Of a stretch of 64,000 bases of DNA, positions 1 to 11,798 are shown in pieces. The notes under the pieces are model-generated. The model was not told the origin of the DNA and made no database searches. It saw only the letters and a list, made by a program, of their open reading frames with translations. Within the stretch, counting starts at the first letter, position 1. Every line of letters begins with the position of its first letter. The position numbers and the translations under genes were made by a program. Source of the DNA: Escherichia coli (GTDB lineage Bacteria > Pseudomonadota > Gammaproteobacteria > Enterobacterales > Enterobacteriaceae); NCBI RefSeq assembly GCF_041248615.1, contig NZ_CP158426.1; one strand, written 5' to 3'.

Positions 1-1
1 C

Positions 2-580
2 CAGCGTGGTATTTTTCCGTGGTTTTCTCCCGGCGACCCCATCCTCTGGTGGTCGCCCGATCCCCGCGCGGTGCTTTGGCCTGAATCACTGCATATCAGC
101 CGTAGTATGAAGCGATTTCATAAACGCTCGCCCTATCGTGTCACGATGAATTACGCTTTTGGTCAGGTCATTGAAGGCTGTGCCAGCGATCGCGAAGAAG
201 GAACCTGGATCACGCGTGGCGTGGTCGAAGCCTACCATCGCCTTCACGAACTCGGTCATGCCCACTCCATTGAAGTCTGGCGTGAAGATGAGCTTGTCGG
301 CGGTATGTACGGCGTGGCCCAGGGAACGCTATTTTGTGGTGAGTCCATGTTCAGCCGGATGGAAAATGCGTCTAAAACGGCGCTTCTGGTATTCTGTGAG
401 GAATTTATTGGTCATGGCGGTAAGCTTATCGACTGCCAGGTACTTAACGATCACACAGCGTCGCTTGGTGCCTGCGAAATTCCCCGCCGGGATTACCTCA
501 ATTATCTCAATCAAATGCGCCTCGGACGATTGCCGAATAATTTCTGGGTACCACGGTGCTTGTTTTCACCACAAGAATGA
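2..580 (+). CDS. aat: Leucyl/phenylalanyl-tRNA--protein transferase, 5' end cut by window edge
   Basis: Frame open from position 2; translation ([31 protein letters not shown]...) matches recalled Aat; stop at 578-580. Confidence 0.9.
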
Positions 581-861
581 ATGTTTTCGGCACATTTCTC
601 CCCAGAGTGTTATAATTGCGGTCGCAGAGTTGGTTACGCTCATTACCCCGCTGCCGATAAGGAATTTTTCGCGTCAGGTAACGCCCATCGTTTATCTCAC
701 CGCTCCCTTATACGTTGCGCTTTTGGTGCGGCTTAGCCGTGTGTTTTCGGAGTAATGTGCCGAACCTGTTTGTTGCGATTTAGCGCGCAAATCTTTACTT
801 ATTTACAGAACTTCGGCATTATCTTGCCGGTTCAAATTACGGTAGTGATACCCCAGAGGAT

Positions 862-1083
<222 letters not shown>

Positions 1084-1123
1084 TTGTTTTACCGCCTGAT
1101 GGGCGAAGAGAAAGAACGAGTAA

Positions 1124-1152
1124 AAGGTCGGTTTAGCCGGCCTTTTTATTTT
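1124..1152 (+). terminator. Candidate rho-independent terminator after infA
   Basis: Imperfect hairpin aaggtcgg/ccggcctt followed by T-run; coordinates approximate. Confidence 0.4.
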
Positions 1153-1336
1153 GTGATATGTATGAAGTACTTTGGAAGTATAAATCCATAACTTGTCTCG
1201 ATGTAGATATACTGCACAACTTGTTTACAGTATGAGCAAACAATAATTATCATTAAAATTCTTCTTGACCGTTTTACTCCAACTCCCTATAGTAGCGCCC
1301 CGTTGCCACCCATGAGGTTTGGCAGCAAAACAATTT

Positions 1337-1424
1337 GGTGAGGTGTCCGAGTGGCTGAAGGAGCACGCCTGGAAAGTGTGTATACGGCAACGTATCGGGG
1401 GTTCGAATCCCCCCCTCACCGCCA
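1337..1424 (+). tRNA. serW: tRNA-Ser (GGA anticodon)
   Basis: 88-nt sequence GGTGAGGTGTCCGAGTGGCTGAAGGAGCACGCCTGGAAAGTGTGTATACGGCAACGTATCGGGGGTTCGAATCCCCCCCTCACCGCCA with long variable arm and CCA end; sits between infA and clpA as in K-12. Confidence 0.9.
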
Positions 1425-2003
1425 TATTTAAAGAAAAGCTCGTACGAAAGTGCGAGCTTTTTTTTTCGCATATTGCACTCCAGGGGGGATGAGAAGCCCC
1501 GACCGGGGTTCGACAACTGGCGCAGCCAGTTGGACAGACCACGAACACAGTGAGTGGGCTGCCCGCAGGGCGAGCGAAGCGAGTCAATCCCCCCCTCACC
1601 GCCATATTCAAAGAAGAGCTCGTACGAAAGTGCGAGCTTTTTTTTCGCATATTGCACTCCAGGGGGGATGAGAAGCCCCGACCGGGGTTCGACAACTGGC
1701 GCAGCCAGTTGGACAGACCACGAACACAGTGAGTGGGCTGCCCGCAGGGCGAGCGAAGCGAGTCTATCCCCCCCTCACCGCCATATTTAAAGAAAAGCTC
1801 GTACGAAAGTGCGAGCTTTTTTTTCGCATATTGCACTCCAGGGGGGATGAGAAGCCCCGACCGGGGTTCGACAACTGGCGCAGCCAGTTGGACAGACCAC
1901 GAACGCAGTGAGTGGGCTGCCCGCAGGGCGAGCGAAGCGAGTCTATCCCCCCCTCACCGCCATATTCAAAGAAGAGCTCGTACGAAAGTACGAGTTTTTT
2001 TTC
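1425..2003. repeat. Tandem direct repeat, three ~179-bp units, each with a terminator hairpin and a copy of the serW 3' end
   Basis: ...CCCCCCCTCACCGCCA recurs ending at 1424, 1604, 1783 and 1962; units near-identical with a few substitutions. Confidence 0.85.
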
Positions 2004-2242
2004 GCATTTTATCTGCCTGTACGGCAGTAAACGGTATAAAAATCGGGTTTTTCTTTCGGCTGGCTTTCTAAGCTGCCTGTACGGCAGTGAACTCAAATAC
2101 TACACGTCTAGCCCGTTGTTAATAAAGCAAAACCATCTCATTTTCCTGCTACCACCCTTTTTTATCCTTACCTTCCCGCAGCACTAATTATCAACAACTT
2201 ACCATCATCATCAAAAAAAGGGTCTGAACCTCCTCCACCCCA

Positions 2243-2280
2243 TAAACAAAAAGTCCGTAACCTCTTTCGAGATTACGGAC
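2243..2280 (-). terminator. Candidate rho-independent terminator of clpA
   Basis: Hairpin gtccgtaacc...ttacggac with A-run on + strand (T-run on - strand) just past the clpA stop. Confidence 0.5.
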
Positions 2281-2305
2281 TTCACCAACCTACCTAACAA
2301 TTAGA

Positions 2306-4582
2306 TTAATGCGCTGCTTCCGCCTTGTGCTTTTGTGCACTCTGGAATCCATAAGTCAGCTCATTTTTCTCTTTATCCAGCGCAACCGTCACCTGACCGC
2401 CGTCCACCAGCGAACCAAACAACAGTTCGTTGGCGAGCGGTTTTTTCAGGTTGTCCTGGATGACACGCGCCATCGGACGTGCGCCCATTGCCCGGTCGTA
2501 ACCTTTCTCGGCCAGCCAGTTACGCGCTTCCTGGCTCACTTCCAGAGAAACACCTTTCTGATCCAACTGAACCTGCAACTCGACGATGAATTTATCCACT
2601 ACCTGATGGATCACGTCGGTTGACAGATGATCGAACCAGATAATGTTGTCGAGACGGTTACGAAACTCCGGCGTAAAGATCTTCTTGATCTCTTCCATCG
2701 CATCGGTGCTGTTGTCCTGGTGGATAAGACCAATCGATTTACGCTCAGTTTCTCGTACCCCAGCGTTGGTGGTCATCACCAATACCACGTTACGGAAGTC
2801 CGCTTTGCGTCCGTTGTTATCGGTCAGCGTACCGTTGTCCATCACCTGCAACAGAATATTGAACACGTCCGGGTGCGCTTTCTCGATTTCGTCCAGCAGC
2901 AGCACCGCATGTGGATGCTTGATGACCGCATCAGTCAGCAAACCGCCCTGATCAAAACCAACGTATCCCGGAGGCGCACCAATCAGACGGCTGACGGTAT
3001 GGCGTTCCATATACTCGGACATATCAAAGCGCAGAAGCTCAATGCCCAAAGCTTTCGAAAGCTGTACCGTCACCTCTGTTTTCCCGACCCCGGTAGGGCC
3101 GGCAAACAGGAACGAACCGACCGGTTTATGTTCGTGACCTAAACCTGCACGCGCCATCTTAATGGCTTCAGTCAGCGCCTCGATGGCTTTATCCTGACCG
3201 AAGACCAGCATTTTCAGGCGATCGCCGAGGTTTTTCAGGGTATCGCGGTCACTCTGAGAAACACTCTTCTCTGGAATGCGCGCAATACGGGCCACCACGG
3301 ACTCAATATCCGCCACATTAACGGTTTTCTTGCGTTTGCTTACCGGCATCAGGCGTGCGCGAGCGCCCGCTTCGTCGATAACGTCAATGGCTTTATCCGG
3401 CAGATGACGATCGTTAATGTATTTCACCGCCAGCTCTACCGCTGCACGCACCGCTTTTGCGGTATAACGCACGTCGTGGTGCGCTTCATACTTCGGTTTC
3501 AGGCCATTGATGATTTGAACAGTTTCTTCGATCGACGGTTCAGTAATATCAATTTTCTGGAAGCGACGCGCCAGAGCACGGTCTTTCTCGAAAATGTTGC
3601 TGAACTCCTGATAGGTTGTCGAACCAATTACGCGAATTTTACCGCTGGAGAGCAACGGTTTGATTAGGTTAGCCGCATCGACCTGACCACCAGACGCTGC
3701 ACCCGCACCGATAATGGTGTGGATCTCATCAATAAACAGGATGCTGTTAGTGTCCTGCTCCAGCTGCTTGAGCAACGCTTTAAAACGTTTTTCAAAGTCG
3801 CCGCGATATTTTGTGCCCGCTAACAGAGAACCGATATCGAGAGAGTAAATCGTACAGTCAGCCATCACTTCCGGCACATCGCCCTGAACAATTCGCCAGG
3901 CAAGACCTTCTGCAATCGCGGTTTTACCGACACCAGATTCCCCCACCAGCAGCGGGTTGTTTTTACGGCGACGGCAGAGAACCTGAATAGCACGCTCCAG
4001 CTCCTTCTCACGACCAATCAGTGGGTCGATTCCGCCCACGCGCGCAAGCTGATTCAGGTTCGTCGTGAAATTCTCCATACGTTCCTCCCCACCAGCTTGT
4101 TCTTCGCTGTTTGGCTGGCTGCCAGGATCAGAAGACTGTGTCGGCTCGTCTTTACGCGTGCCATGAGAGATAAAGTTCACCACATCGAGACGGCTGACTT
4201 CATGTTTACGCAACAGATATGCCGCCTGCGACTCCTGTTCGCTAAAGATAGCGACCAGAACGTTTGCACCGGTAACCTCATTGCGACCGGAGGACTGGAC
4301 ATGGAAGACCGCACGTTGCAGTACACGCTGAAAACTCAGCGTTGGCTGTGTGTCGCGCTCCTCTTCACTGGCAGGCAGAACGGGTGTGGTTTGTTCAATA
4401 AAGGCTTCCAGTTCCTGACGGAGCGCAACCAAATCCACAGAACACGCTTCCAGCGCCTCCCGGGCAGATGGGTTACTGAGCAGCGCCAGTAACAAGTGCT
4501 CGACGGTCATAAACTCATGACGGTGCTCGCGCGCTCTGGCGAAAGCCATATTTAAACTGAGTTCCAGTTCTTGATTGAGCAT
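2306..4582 (-). CDS. clpA: ATP-dependent Clp protease ATP-binding subunit ClpA
   Basis: ORF 2306-4597; start placed at [24 protein letters not shown] (recalled ClpA N-terminus); two AAA+ modules with Walker motifs. Confidence 0.95.
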   Translation of the reverse strand: MLNQELELSLNMAFARAREHRHEFMTVEHLLLALLSNPSAREALEACSVDLVALRQELEAFIEQTTPVLPASEEERDTQPTLSFQRVLQRAVFHVQSSGRNEVTGANVLVAIFSEQESQAAYLLRKHEVSRLDVVNFISHGTRKDEPTQSSDPGSQPNSEEQAGGEERMENFTTNLNQLARVGGIDPLIGREKELERAIQVLCRRRKNNPLLVGESGVGKTAIAEGLAWRIVQGDVPEVMADCTIYSLDIGSLLAGTKYRGDFEKRFKALLKQLEQDTNSILFIDEIHTIIGAGAASGGQVDAANLIKPLLSSGKIRVIGSTTYQEFSNIFEKDRALARRFQKIDITEPSIEETVQIINGLKPKYEAHHDVRYTAKAVRAAVELAVKYINDRHLPDKAIDVIDEAGARARLMPVSKRKKTVNVADIESVVARIARIPEKSVSQSDRDTLKNLGDRLKMLVFGQDKAIEALTEAIKMARAGLGHEHKPVGSFLFAGPTGVGKTEVTVQLSKALGIELLRFDMSEYMERHTVSRLIGAPPGYVGFDQGGLLTDAVIKHPHAVLLLDEIEKAHPDVFNILLQVMDNGTLTDNNGRKADFRNVVLVMTTNAGVRETERKSIGLIHQDNSTDAMEEIKKIFTPEFRNRLDNIIWFDHLSTDVIHQVVDKFIVELQVQLDQKGVSLEVSQEARNWLAEKGYDRAMGARPMARVIQDNLKKPLANELLFGSLVDGGQVTVALDKEKNELTYGFQSAQKHKAEAAH

Positions 4583-4612
4583 AGGCACCTCCCCCAATTT
4601 TTATGCCTGCAT

Positions 4613-4933
4613 TCAGGCTTTTTCTAGCGTACACAGCAATGGATGCTCATTCTCCCTCGCGTACTTGTTCACCATCGCCACTTTGGTTTCTGCAACCTCG
4701 GCGGTAAAGACTCCGCAAATGGCCTTCCCCTGGTAGTGAACAGCGAGCATCAATTGCGTTGCACGTTCTACATCATAAGAAAAGAATTTTTGTAACACGT
4801 CAATAACAAACTCCATCGGAGTGTAATCATCATTGACTAATATCACTTTATACATAGATGGCGGTTTTAGCGCGTCGCGAACTTTTTCTTCCGCCAGTTG
4901 ATCAAAGTCCAGCCAGTCGTTCGTTTTACCCAT
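4613..4933 (-). CDS. clpS: ClpS adaptor protein
   Basis: 106-aa [46 protein letters not shown]... directly upstream of clpA. Confidence 0.95.
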
Positions 4934-5255
4934 TGTCAGTTATCATCTTCGGTTACGGTTATCGGCAGAACGCCCTGCCGCTGACAAGAGCTTATTTGCC
5001 TGACCAATCTACTCCACATGATAGATAACTATCATCTATCGTTGGCATCAGCGACATCTGTCACATTCCTGTCAATAGCGTTAACTGCTTCAAATTTTTG
5101 ATTCATACCTGCCCCCTGGCCCCTGTCAAATGCTTGACGGCTCGCCCTAATTCTCTAAATTGTATTTCTAGAGTTGGCGAGGTTTTGAACAGCCCCCTCT
5201 CTGACCCCGGTTTATTCCATCTTACTTGTATAAGATTTGCGAAGGATGTCGAAGC

Positions 5256-5480
5256 ATGGAAAAGGGTACTGTTAAGTGGTTCAACAATGCCAAAGGGTTT
5301 GGTTTCATCTGCCCTGAAGGCGGCGGCGAAGATATTTTCGCTCATTATTCCACCATTCAGATGGATGGTTACAGAACGCTAAAAGCTGGACAATCCGTTC
5401 AGTTTGATGTCCACCAGGGGCCAAAAGGCAATCACGCCAGTGTTATTGTGCCCGTCGAAGTAGAAGCGGCAGTCGCATAG
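5256..5480 (+). CDS. cspD: Cold-shock-domain protein CspD
   Basis: MEKGTVKWFNNAKGFGFICPEGGGEDIFAHYS... 74 aa from the internal Met of ORF 5226-5480. Confidence 0.93.
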   Translation: MEKGTVKWFNNAKGFGFICPEGGGEDIFAHYSTIQMDGYRTLKAGQSVQFDVHQGPKGNHASVIVPVEVEAAVA

Positions 5481-5552
5481 CTCTTCTGTCTCATTGTGTA
5501 CATCCTAAAGGCAAAATGCCAGCCCGATCGGCTGGCATTTTTATCTCAAAAA

Positions 5553-7499
5553 TTACTCTCGTGCCAGAGCATCTACTGGATCCAGTCGTGCCGCATTTCG
5601 TGCGGGTAACCAGCCAAATAAAATCCCGGTGACCGTCGAGCAGAGAAACGCCAGCAGCAGCGCCAACGGTGAAAAACCAATCTCCCAGCCGGGTAAGAAA
5701 AGCTGTAAGGTGAAAGCAATTAACAGTGACAGTGTTATTCCCAACGCGCCACCGACCAGGCAAACCAGTACGGCTTCGATCAGAAACTGTTGCAACACAT
5801 CACTTGCTCGCGCACCTACAGCCATGCGAATGCCAATTTCCCGCGTCCGCTCGGTCACTGACACCAGCATAATATTCATTACACCAATACCGCCCACCAC
5901 TAGCGAAATCACCGCCACCAGCGTCAGAAACAGTTGTAAAGTACGTGTGGTCTTTTCAACGGTTTTCAAGACGCCGTCCATGTTCCAGGTAAAGAAATCC
6001 TTCTTACCGTGGCGCAGTGAAAGTAAACGCGTGAGTTGCTGTTCCGCCTCGGCGCTGTCAAATCCTTCTTTCACCCTGACAGTAATGGAGTTCAGCCACG
6101 ACTGGCCCATAACTCGCCCGGACATCGTGCTGTAAGGTAGCCAGACACGCAGCACTTTACTGCTACCAAACATCGACTGTTTTTCTTCCGCCACACCAAT
6201 GACTCTGGCGGGCATATTGCCGACCAGAATCACCTCGCCAACCACATCTGCTTTATGGGGGAAAAGCTGGCGGCGAGTATTACTGTCGAGCACCACCACC
6301 TGCGCACGACCGTTCAGCTGCTCCTGATTAAAGGTGTTCCCTTCACTGAAGGTCATGCCATAGACATTAAAATAATCGCCGCTCACGCCATTGGCACTGG
6401 CAGCAACATCAACATTGTTATAACGCAGGCGCAGGTTTTGCGAGACGGCAGGTGTGGCTGAGGCGACCCACGGTTGTTTTTGGATGGCGATTAAGTCGTC
6501 GTACTTCAGCGCCTGCTGATATTGCGGATCGTCATCGCCAAAATCTTTCCCGGGATAGACATCAATAGTATTCGTACCAATAGAACGAATATCCGCCAGC
6601 ACCATTTGTTTGGCGGCGTCGCCCACCACGACAATTGAAACCACCGACGCAATACCGATAATAATCCCCAGCATGGTCAGTAAAGTACGCATTTTATTCG
6701 CTGCCAGCGCCCGCCATGCCATCGTCAGCGCTTCGTTAAAACCGCTGACAAATTGCCGCCAGCCAGAGGCCGTGTTGACAACAGGTTCCGTCCCGCCAGC
6801 AACATTCACTTTTTCAACGGCGGGAGGATTGCGCACAATTTCGCCGTCGCGAATTTCGATCACCCGCTCGGCCTGAGCAGCGACCTGCGGATCGTGGGTA
6901 ACGATAATCACCGTATGCCCGCGATCGCGCAGCTGATGCAGGATCGCCATCACCTCTTCGCCAGAATGGCTGTCCAGTGCGCCGGTTGGTTCATCGGCAA
7001 GAATTACCTGACCGCCGTTCATCAATGCCCGCGCGATGCTGACGCGCTGTTGCTGCCCCCCCGAAAGCTGTGCCGGGTAATACTCTGTACGGTCTTCCAG
7101 CCCCAGTCGTTGCAGTAACTCCTGGGCGCGAAGCAGCCGCTGTTTCCGCTCAAGACCGGCATAGACGGCGGGTACTTCAACGTTCTGCTCGGCGGTTAAA
7201 TGCGAAAGCAAATGGTAACGCTGGAAAATAAAGCCGAAGTGTTCGCGACGCAGTTGCGCCAGCGCATCGGCGTCCAGCGTGGCAACATCCTGACCGGCTA
7301 CGCGATAGGTGCCGCTGGTGGCCTTATCCAGGCAGCCGAGAATATTCATCAGGGTCGATTTACCGGAACCCGAAGCGCCGACAATCGCCACCATCTCACC
7401 AGCATAAATATCGAGGGTGATGCCCTTCAGCACCTCAACCTGCTCATCACCGGCAGGATAGCTGCGACGAATATCCTTTAATTCGAGCAAGGGCGTCAT
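5553..7499 (-). CDS. macB: Macrolide export ABC transporter ATP-binding/permease protein MacB
   Basis: 648-aa ORF with N-terminal ABC ATPase ([18 protein letters not shown]) and C-terminal FtsX-like permease. Confidence 0.95.
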   Translation of the reverse strand: MTPLLELKDIRRSYPAGDEQVEVLKGITLDIYAGEMVAIVGASGSGKSTLMNILGCLDKATSGTYRVAGQDVATLDADALAQLRREHFGFIFQRYHLLSHLTAEQNVEVPAVYAGLERKQRLLRAQELLQRLGLEDRTEYYPAQLSGGQQQRVSIARALMNGGQVILADEPTGALDSHSGEEVMAILHQLRDRGHTVIIVTHDPQVAAQAERVIEIRDGEIVRNPPAVEKVNVAGGTEPVVNTASGWRQFVSGFNEALTMAWRALAANKMRTLLTMLGIIIGIASVVSIVVVGDAAKQMVLADIRSIGTNTIDVYPGKDFGDDDPQYQQALKYDDLIAIQKQPWVASATPAVSQNLRLRYNNVDVAASANGVSGDYFNVYGMTFSEGNTFNQEQLNGRAQVVVLDSNTRRQLFPHKADVVGEVILVGNMPARVIGVAEEKQSMFGSSKVLRVWLPYSTMSGRVMGQSWLNSITVRVKEGFDSAEAEQQLTRLLSLRHGKKDFFTWNMDGVLKTVEKTTRTLQLFLTLVAVISLVVGGIGVMNIMLVSVTERTREIGIRMAVGARASDVLQQFLIEAVLVCLVGGALGITLSLLIAFTLQLFLPGWEIGFSPLALLLAFLCSTVTGILFGWLPARNAARLDPVDALARE

Positions 7500-8611
7500 T
7501 GTGCAGCTCCTGGTTTGGCCTCACCAATCACCACTTCATCGCCCGCTTCCAGCCCTTTGACAATCTCAACATCGGTATCGTTACGTGCGCCAATCGTCAC
7601 TTCACGCTCGCGTGTTTCACCATTACGCAACAATTTGACTTTATAACGATTATCGCCAACCGGATCGCCTAACGCCGACAGAGGGATCGTCAGCACATTT
7701 TTCACATCGGTGAGCTGAATATGCACTTGCGCGGTCATATCCAGCCGCAGCAAACCATTGGGGTTGGGGACTTCAAAACGGGCGTAATAGAAAATAGCGT
7801 CGTTAACCTTTTCCGGCGTCGGTAGCACATCCTTGATTTGCCCCTCGTAGCGCGTCAGCGGATCGCCAAGCACCGTAAACCAGGCTTTTTGCCCCGACTT
7901 CAGGTGGATTACATCCGCTTCAGAAACCTGCGCTTTTACCAGCATGGTGCTCATATCTGCCAGCGTCAGAATGTTCGGTGCTTGTTGTGCGGCAATCACC
8001 GTCTGGCCTTGCAGAGTGGTGATTTGCGTGACTTCCCCGGCCATCGGGGCAACGATGCAGGTGTAATCGAGATTGGTTTTAGCCGTATCGAGTGAGGCCT
8101 GATTGCGCTTGATTTGCGCGTCAATGGTGCCAATTTGCGCCTGTTTCACAGCCATCTCCGTCGCGGCGGTATCAAGATCCTGCTGTGAAACCGCTTGCGT
8201 TTGTGCAAGACGTTGCTGACGGGAATACGTCACCCGCGCCAGTTTCAGCTCCGCTTCCGCCTGCTGCCGCTGCGCGCGTAGCTCCATCAGCGTTGCTTCC
8301 ACCTCCTTAATCTGGTTTTCAGCCTGTTCAGGATCAATAACCCCTAAAAGCTGGTCTTTTTTTACTTTATCGCCAATCGCCACCGACAGCGTTTTCAACT
8401 GACCGCTGACCTGCGCGCCCACATCAACCTTACGCAGCGCGTCCAGCTTTCCGGTCGCCAGCACGCTTTGCTGTAAATCACCGGGGCGCACAATCAGCGT
8501 CTGATAAGTCGGCACGGGTGCGTTAAGAATTCTCCATAACGTAATCAGCCCGGCAATGACTATCACCAGCGCAATAACGTAACGCTTCTTCACGGTTTTC
8601 CGCTTTTTCAT
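7496..8611 (-). CDS. macA: Macrolide export membrane fusion protein MacA
   Basis: ORF 7496-8638; start placed at [18 protein letters not shown]; overlaps macB start by 4 bp. Confidence 0.93.
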   Translation of the reverse strand: MKKRKTVKKRYVIALVIVIAGLITLWRILNAPVPTYQTLIVRPGDLQQSVLATGKLDALRKVDVGAQVSGQLKTLSVAIGDKVKKDQLLGVIDPEQAENQIKEVEATLMELRAQRQQAEAELKLARVTYSRQQRLAQTQAVSQQDLDTAATEMAVKQAQIGTIDAQIKRNQASLDTAKTNLDYTCIVAPMAGEVTQITTLQGQTVIAAQQAPNILTLADMSTMLVKAQVSEADVIHLKSGQKAWFTVLGDPLTRYEGQIKDVLPTPEKVNDAIFYYARFEVPNPNGLLRLDMTAQVHIQLTDVKNVLTIPLSALGDPVGDNRYKVKLLRNGETREREVTIGARNDTDVEIVKGLEAGDEVVIGEAKPGAAQ

Positions 8612-8725
8612 AAATATTCTGAATACTCCATATGCCAATCCGGGTCATTAACTTCAACGAAATATCAACAAAACCCTAAAATTTACGTTAGTAATCACAC
8701 TATTGATGTTTGGTTAAGATACGCA

Positions 8726-9718
8726 ATGGTGAAATCGACGTCATGTATAACCATTGATTTCATGAATATGTCGCAGCTAACTGAACGGACCTTTACGCCA
8801 TCTGAATCTCTCAGCAGCCTGTCACTTTTTCTTAGTCTGGCACGTGGACAGTGTCGGCCGGGTAAATTCTGGCATCGCCGTAGTTTTCGCCAGAAATTTT
8901 TGCTGCGCTCGTTGATTATGCCGCGTTTAAGCGTTGAGTGGATGAACGAACTTTCCCACTGGCCTAATCTCAATGTGTTGTTAACGCGCCAGCCGCGACT
9001 GCCTGTGCGTCTGCATCGCCCTTACCTTGCGGCGAATCTTAGCCGTAAGCAATTGCTGGAGGCGTTACGTTACCATTATGCGTTACTCCGCGGGTGTATG
9101 TCGGCGGAAGAATTCAGCTTATATTTGAATACCCCCGGGCTGCAACTGGCGAAGCTGGAAGGCAAAAACGGCGAGCAGTTCACACTTGAGCTGACCATGA
9201 TGATCTCAATGGATAAAGAAGGTGACAGCACAATCCTGTTCCGCAACAGCGAAGGTATTCCTCTGGCAGAGATCACGTTTACCCTGTGTGAATATCAGGG
9301 GAAAAGAACAATGTTTATTGGCGGACTGCAAGGCGCAAAATGGGAAATTCCACATCAGGAAATCCAGAATGCGACGAAAGCCTGCCACGGGCTATTTCCC
9401 AAACGCCTTGTGATGGAAGCAGCCTGTCTGTTTGCCCAACGTTTGCAGGTAGAGCAGATTATTGCCGTCAGCAATGAAACGCATATTTACCGCAGCCTGC
9501 GTTATCGCGATAAAGAAGGCAAGATCCATGCCGATTACAACGCTTTCTGGGAGTCGGTTGGCGGCGTATGTGATGCTGAACGCCATTACCGCCTTCCGGC
9601 ACAGATAGCACGAAAAGAGATTGCCGAAATCGCCAGTAAAAAACGGGCTGAATACCGTCGGCGCTATGAGATGCTCGACGCTATTCAGCCACAAATGGCC
9701 ACGATGTTTCGCGGTTAA
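8726..9718 (+). CDS. ybjX: VirK-like DUF535 protein YbjX
   Basis: 330-aa ORF in the K-12 position between macA and ybjD; start codon uncertain. Confidence 0.8.
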   Translation: MVKSTSCITIDFMNMSQLTERTFTPSESLSSLSLFLSLARGQCRPGKFWHRRSFRQKFLLRSLIMPRLSVEWMNELSHWPNLNVLLTRQPRLPVRLHRPYLAANLSRKQLLEALRYHYALLRGCMSAEEFSLYLNTPGLQLAKLEGKNGEQFTLELTMMISMDKEGDSTILFRNSEGIPLAEITFTLCEYQGKRTMFIGGLQGAKWEIPHQEIQNATKACHGLFPKRLVMEAACLFAQRLQVEQIIAVSNETHIYRSLRYRDKEGKIHADYNAFWESVGGVCDAERHYRLPAQIARKEIAEIASKKRAEYRRRYEMLDAIQPQMATMFRG

Positions 9719-11373
9719 TCCGCGCGACCGCGCGCCAGCCACAGCACGCGTGAGAACATTTTTTTCAGCAGCGTCGGTACGGAATCCACACCACGACGTC
9801 CTGCCTCCATTGCCACTTCAATGGCAAGATCGGGTTTGGAAGAGCGATGGATCGCTTTCGAGATAATTTTGCGCAGATTCATCGGTACATTTTCCGGGAT
9901 TTGCGCCACGCGGTGGAACACATCGGAAAATCCCTGGCGATACATAAAATGTTCCATATCCAGCGCCGGTAACGCCGTTAAATGTTCTCGTTCGGCTTCC
10001 CGATCGTTATTCAACAGGCTGCGTACCGTAGCGGCATATTTCTTCCCTGCTTCATCGCCATCGACCAGTACATGCCATTCAATCCCCATTCGCCGGGCAA
10101 ATTTAACCAGTGGCTTTAGCCCGGACTGGGCAAACTCAATGACCTTGATCCCTTCGGCATCAAAATGATGTCCGCACTGACGCGCCAGTTCATTGATAAC
10201 CCAGGTTTCCGTTTCCCCTTCCACCAGCAGCCAGCAGCGTGCAAACAGCGATGACGGACGGTTAAAACGAATGTGAAAGGATATGCGTCGGCTATCTTCG
10301 GTACTCAAGCCACTCGGCCCCAGACGCCAGGCGGCAACGCGCGAGGACTCACGTACCAGTCGGCAAACATGCTCTACCGGCGTTAACGAAAGCAACTCAC
10401 CCGAGTTGGTGGTGGCAATGCGCTGCAATGGCAGAAGATTCAACAGATGCCAGGCAACTGAAAGCATAATGGGGTGTAAACGGGTTTCTGGATCTTCAAT
10501 CAGCAATAATGGACGGGCGTCTTTATCCAGTCGCAATGTGCCTTTTGCCTGCAACAAAGTAGCAAACAGGCCGAGCAAAATAACCCGATACGAGCGCCCA
10601 CCAGGTCGGTCAATCATCCGGTTGATGATATCCAGATAGCGCCAGCTTCGTTGCTCATTGCTGGCTCGCCGCCGCATTAAACGATATCGCGCCTGTCCGG
10701 CCCCCTGCTCAGAGAAATAATGCTCAAGCAGCTGTACCATTGCGGAAAGTCCCTGACGAATCTGTCCATCAGAGAGATTTTGCGGATGTGAGGACAACTC
10801 ACGGGCGAGGAAATCGAGCTGGCGCGCGGTGACTTCCACATTAGGGACATTTGGCACCGTGCCGTTACGAATACGGCGCATAAAACGGGCATCACGCAAG
10901 CGCAGCACCGGCATTAAACGCACCAGATGGCGTGCCTGATCGTTAATATCCTCGACATCAATCGGATGTCCGTCTTTATCGAGAAAACTGCGCAGTGTCA
11001 TCACGCTGCCGTCTTCCGCACTCTCCCCTTCCAGACGATAAAAAATACGGTGATAGCCATCGGTGCATGGCGTCCAGCACGCTTCCAGTGGCCGATAGCG
11101 GCGTACCCGATGTCGGCCTGGCAGCGATTCGCGGAAGGTCAAAATAATATGCAGATGATGTTCTCGCCCGTTGATATCTCCCGGCGGGAACCAGAAATCG
11201 TCGCGCTCAAAATGGTAGAGATCTGATTCTGGCGATAGCAGCAGGGTTAAGGCGTCCAGCAAGCTGGATTTACCCCACGCGTTCTCCCCAATCAGGACGT
11301 TGTTTTGTTCCAGCATCAACGACAAACGGTTGATACCGCGAAAACCCACAATTTCAACGCGCTCAAGAATCAT
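9715..11373 (-). CDS. ybjD: OLD-family ATP-dependent endonuclease (ABC-ATPase + Toprim) YbjD
   Basis: 552-aa ORF, N-terminal P-loop GENAWGKSSLLDAL; conserved K-12 position next to aqpZ. Confidence 0.85.
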   Translation of the reverse strand: MILERVEIVGFRGINRLSLMLEQNNVLIGENAWGKSSLLDALTLLLSPESDLYHFERDDFWFPPGDINGREHHLHIILTFRESLPGRHRVRRYRPLEACWTPCTDGYHRIFYRLEGESAEDGSVMTLRSFLDKDGHPIDVEDINDQARHLVRLMPVLRLRDARFMRRIRNGTVPNVPNVEVTARQLDFLARELSSHPQNLSDGQIRQGLSAMVQLLEHYFSEQGAGQARYRLMRRRASNEQRSWRYLDIINRMIDRPGGRSYRVILLGLFATLLQAKGTLRLDKDARPLLLIEDPETRLHPIMLSVAWHLLNLLPLQRIATTNSGELLSLTPVEHVCRLVRESSRVAAWRLGPSGLSTEDSRRISFHIRFNRPSSLFARCWLLVEGETETWVINELARQCGHHFDAEGIKVIEFAQSGLKPLVKFARRMGIEWHVLVDGDEAGKKYAATVRSLLNNDREAEREHLTALPALDMEHFMYRQGFSDVFHRVAQIPENVPMNLRKIISKAIHRSSKPDLAIEVAMEAGRRGVDSVPTLLKKMFSRVLWLARGRAD

Positions 11374-11798
11374 ATCCCCTCCAGAAATATGTGACTTATC
11401 CTTTACGCTGGCAGTATAACGGGAAAGGCCATGCTAATACGTGATGACATCACATTTAAGCATGGCAAATGTCTGAAAAATGAGCGAATAATCGCGTTAT
11501 ACTCCCTCTTGCTGATAAGCCTGCAAAAACAACAAAATCAAATAATTAGCATGATAAATTATTTTTTATTACGCCTAAAGGATTAAATCTTTCGCTTGCA
11601 CTACACTGTCAATCAGACAAATGACTATATGGGGCAACCCGCTGTTGCCCTAAATCAAATTTACTGGATTTATTTATCTGGCGAATGATTTGCCTTCGTT
11701 TTTAAAATAGCCGCGCATTATTTCCGTCGTCACTTTTTTACGACGACCCTATAAAACGACCATATTTTTCACAGGGTCAATTTTTAATTGAGGTGGAT

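Noticed and set aside
1225-2096. Multiple 60-200-aa ORFs on both strands across the serW repeat array (e.g. 1225-1836 -, 1550-1732 +, 1733-2071 +)
   Set aside because: They are periodic read-throughs of the 179-bp repeat units that cover the tRNA and terminator hairpins, with no independent start context; artefacts of the repeat.
2309-8095. Antisense or out-of-frame ORFs inside clpA, macB and macA (e.g. 2627-3142 +, 4097-4492 +, 5629-6135 +, 6753-7118 +, 7838-8095 +)
   Set aside because: Fully embedded in strongly supported genes on the opposite strand; typical spurious ORFs in GC-rich coding DNA.
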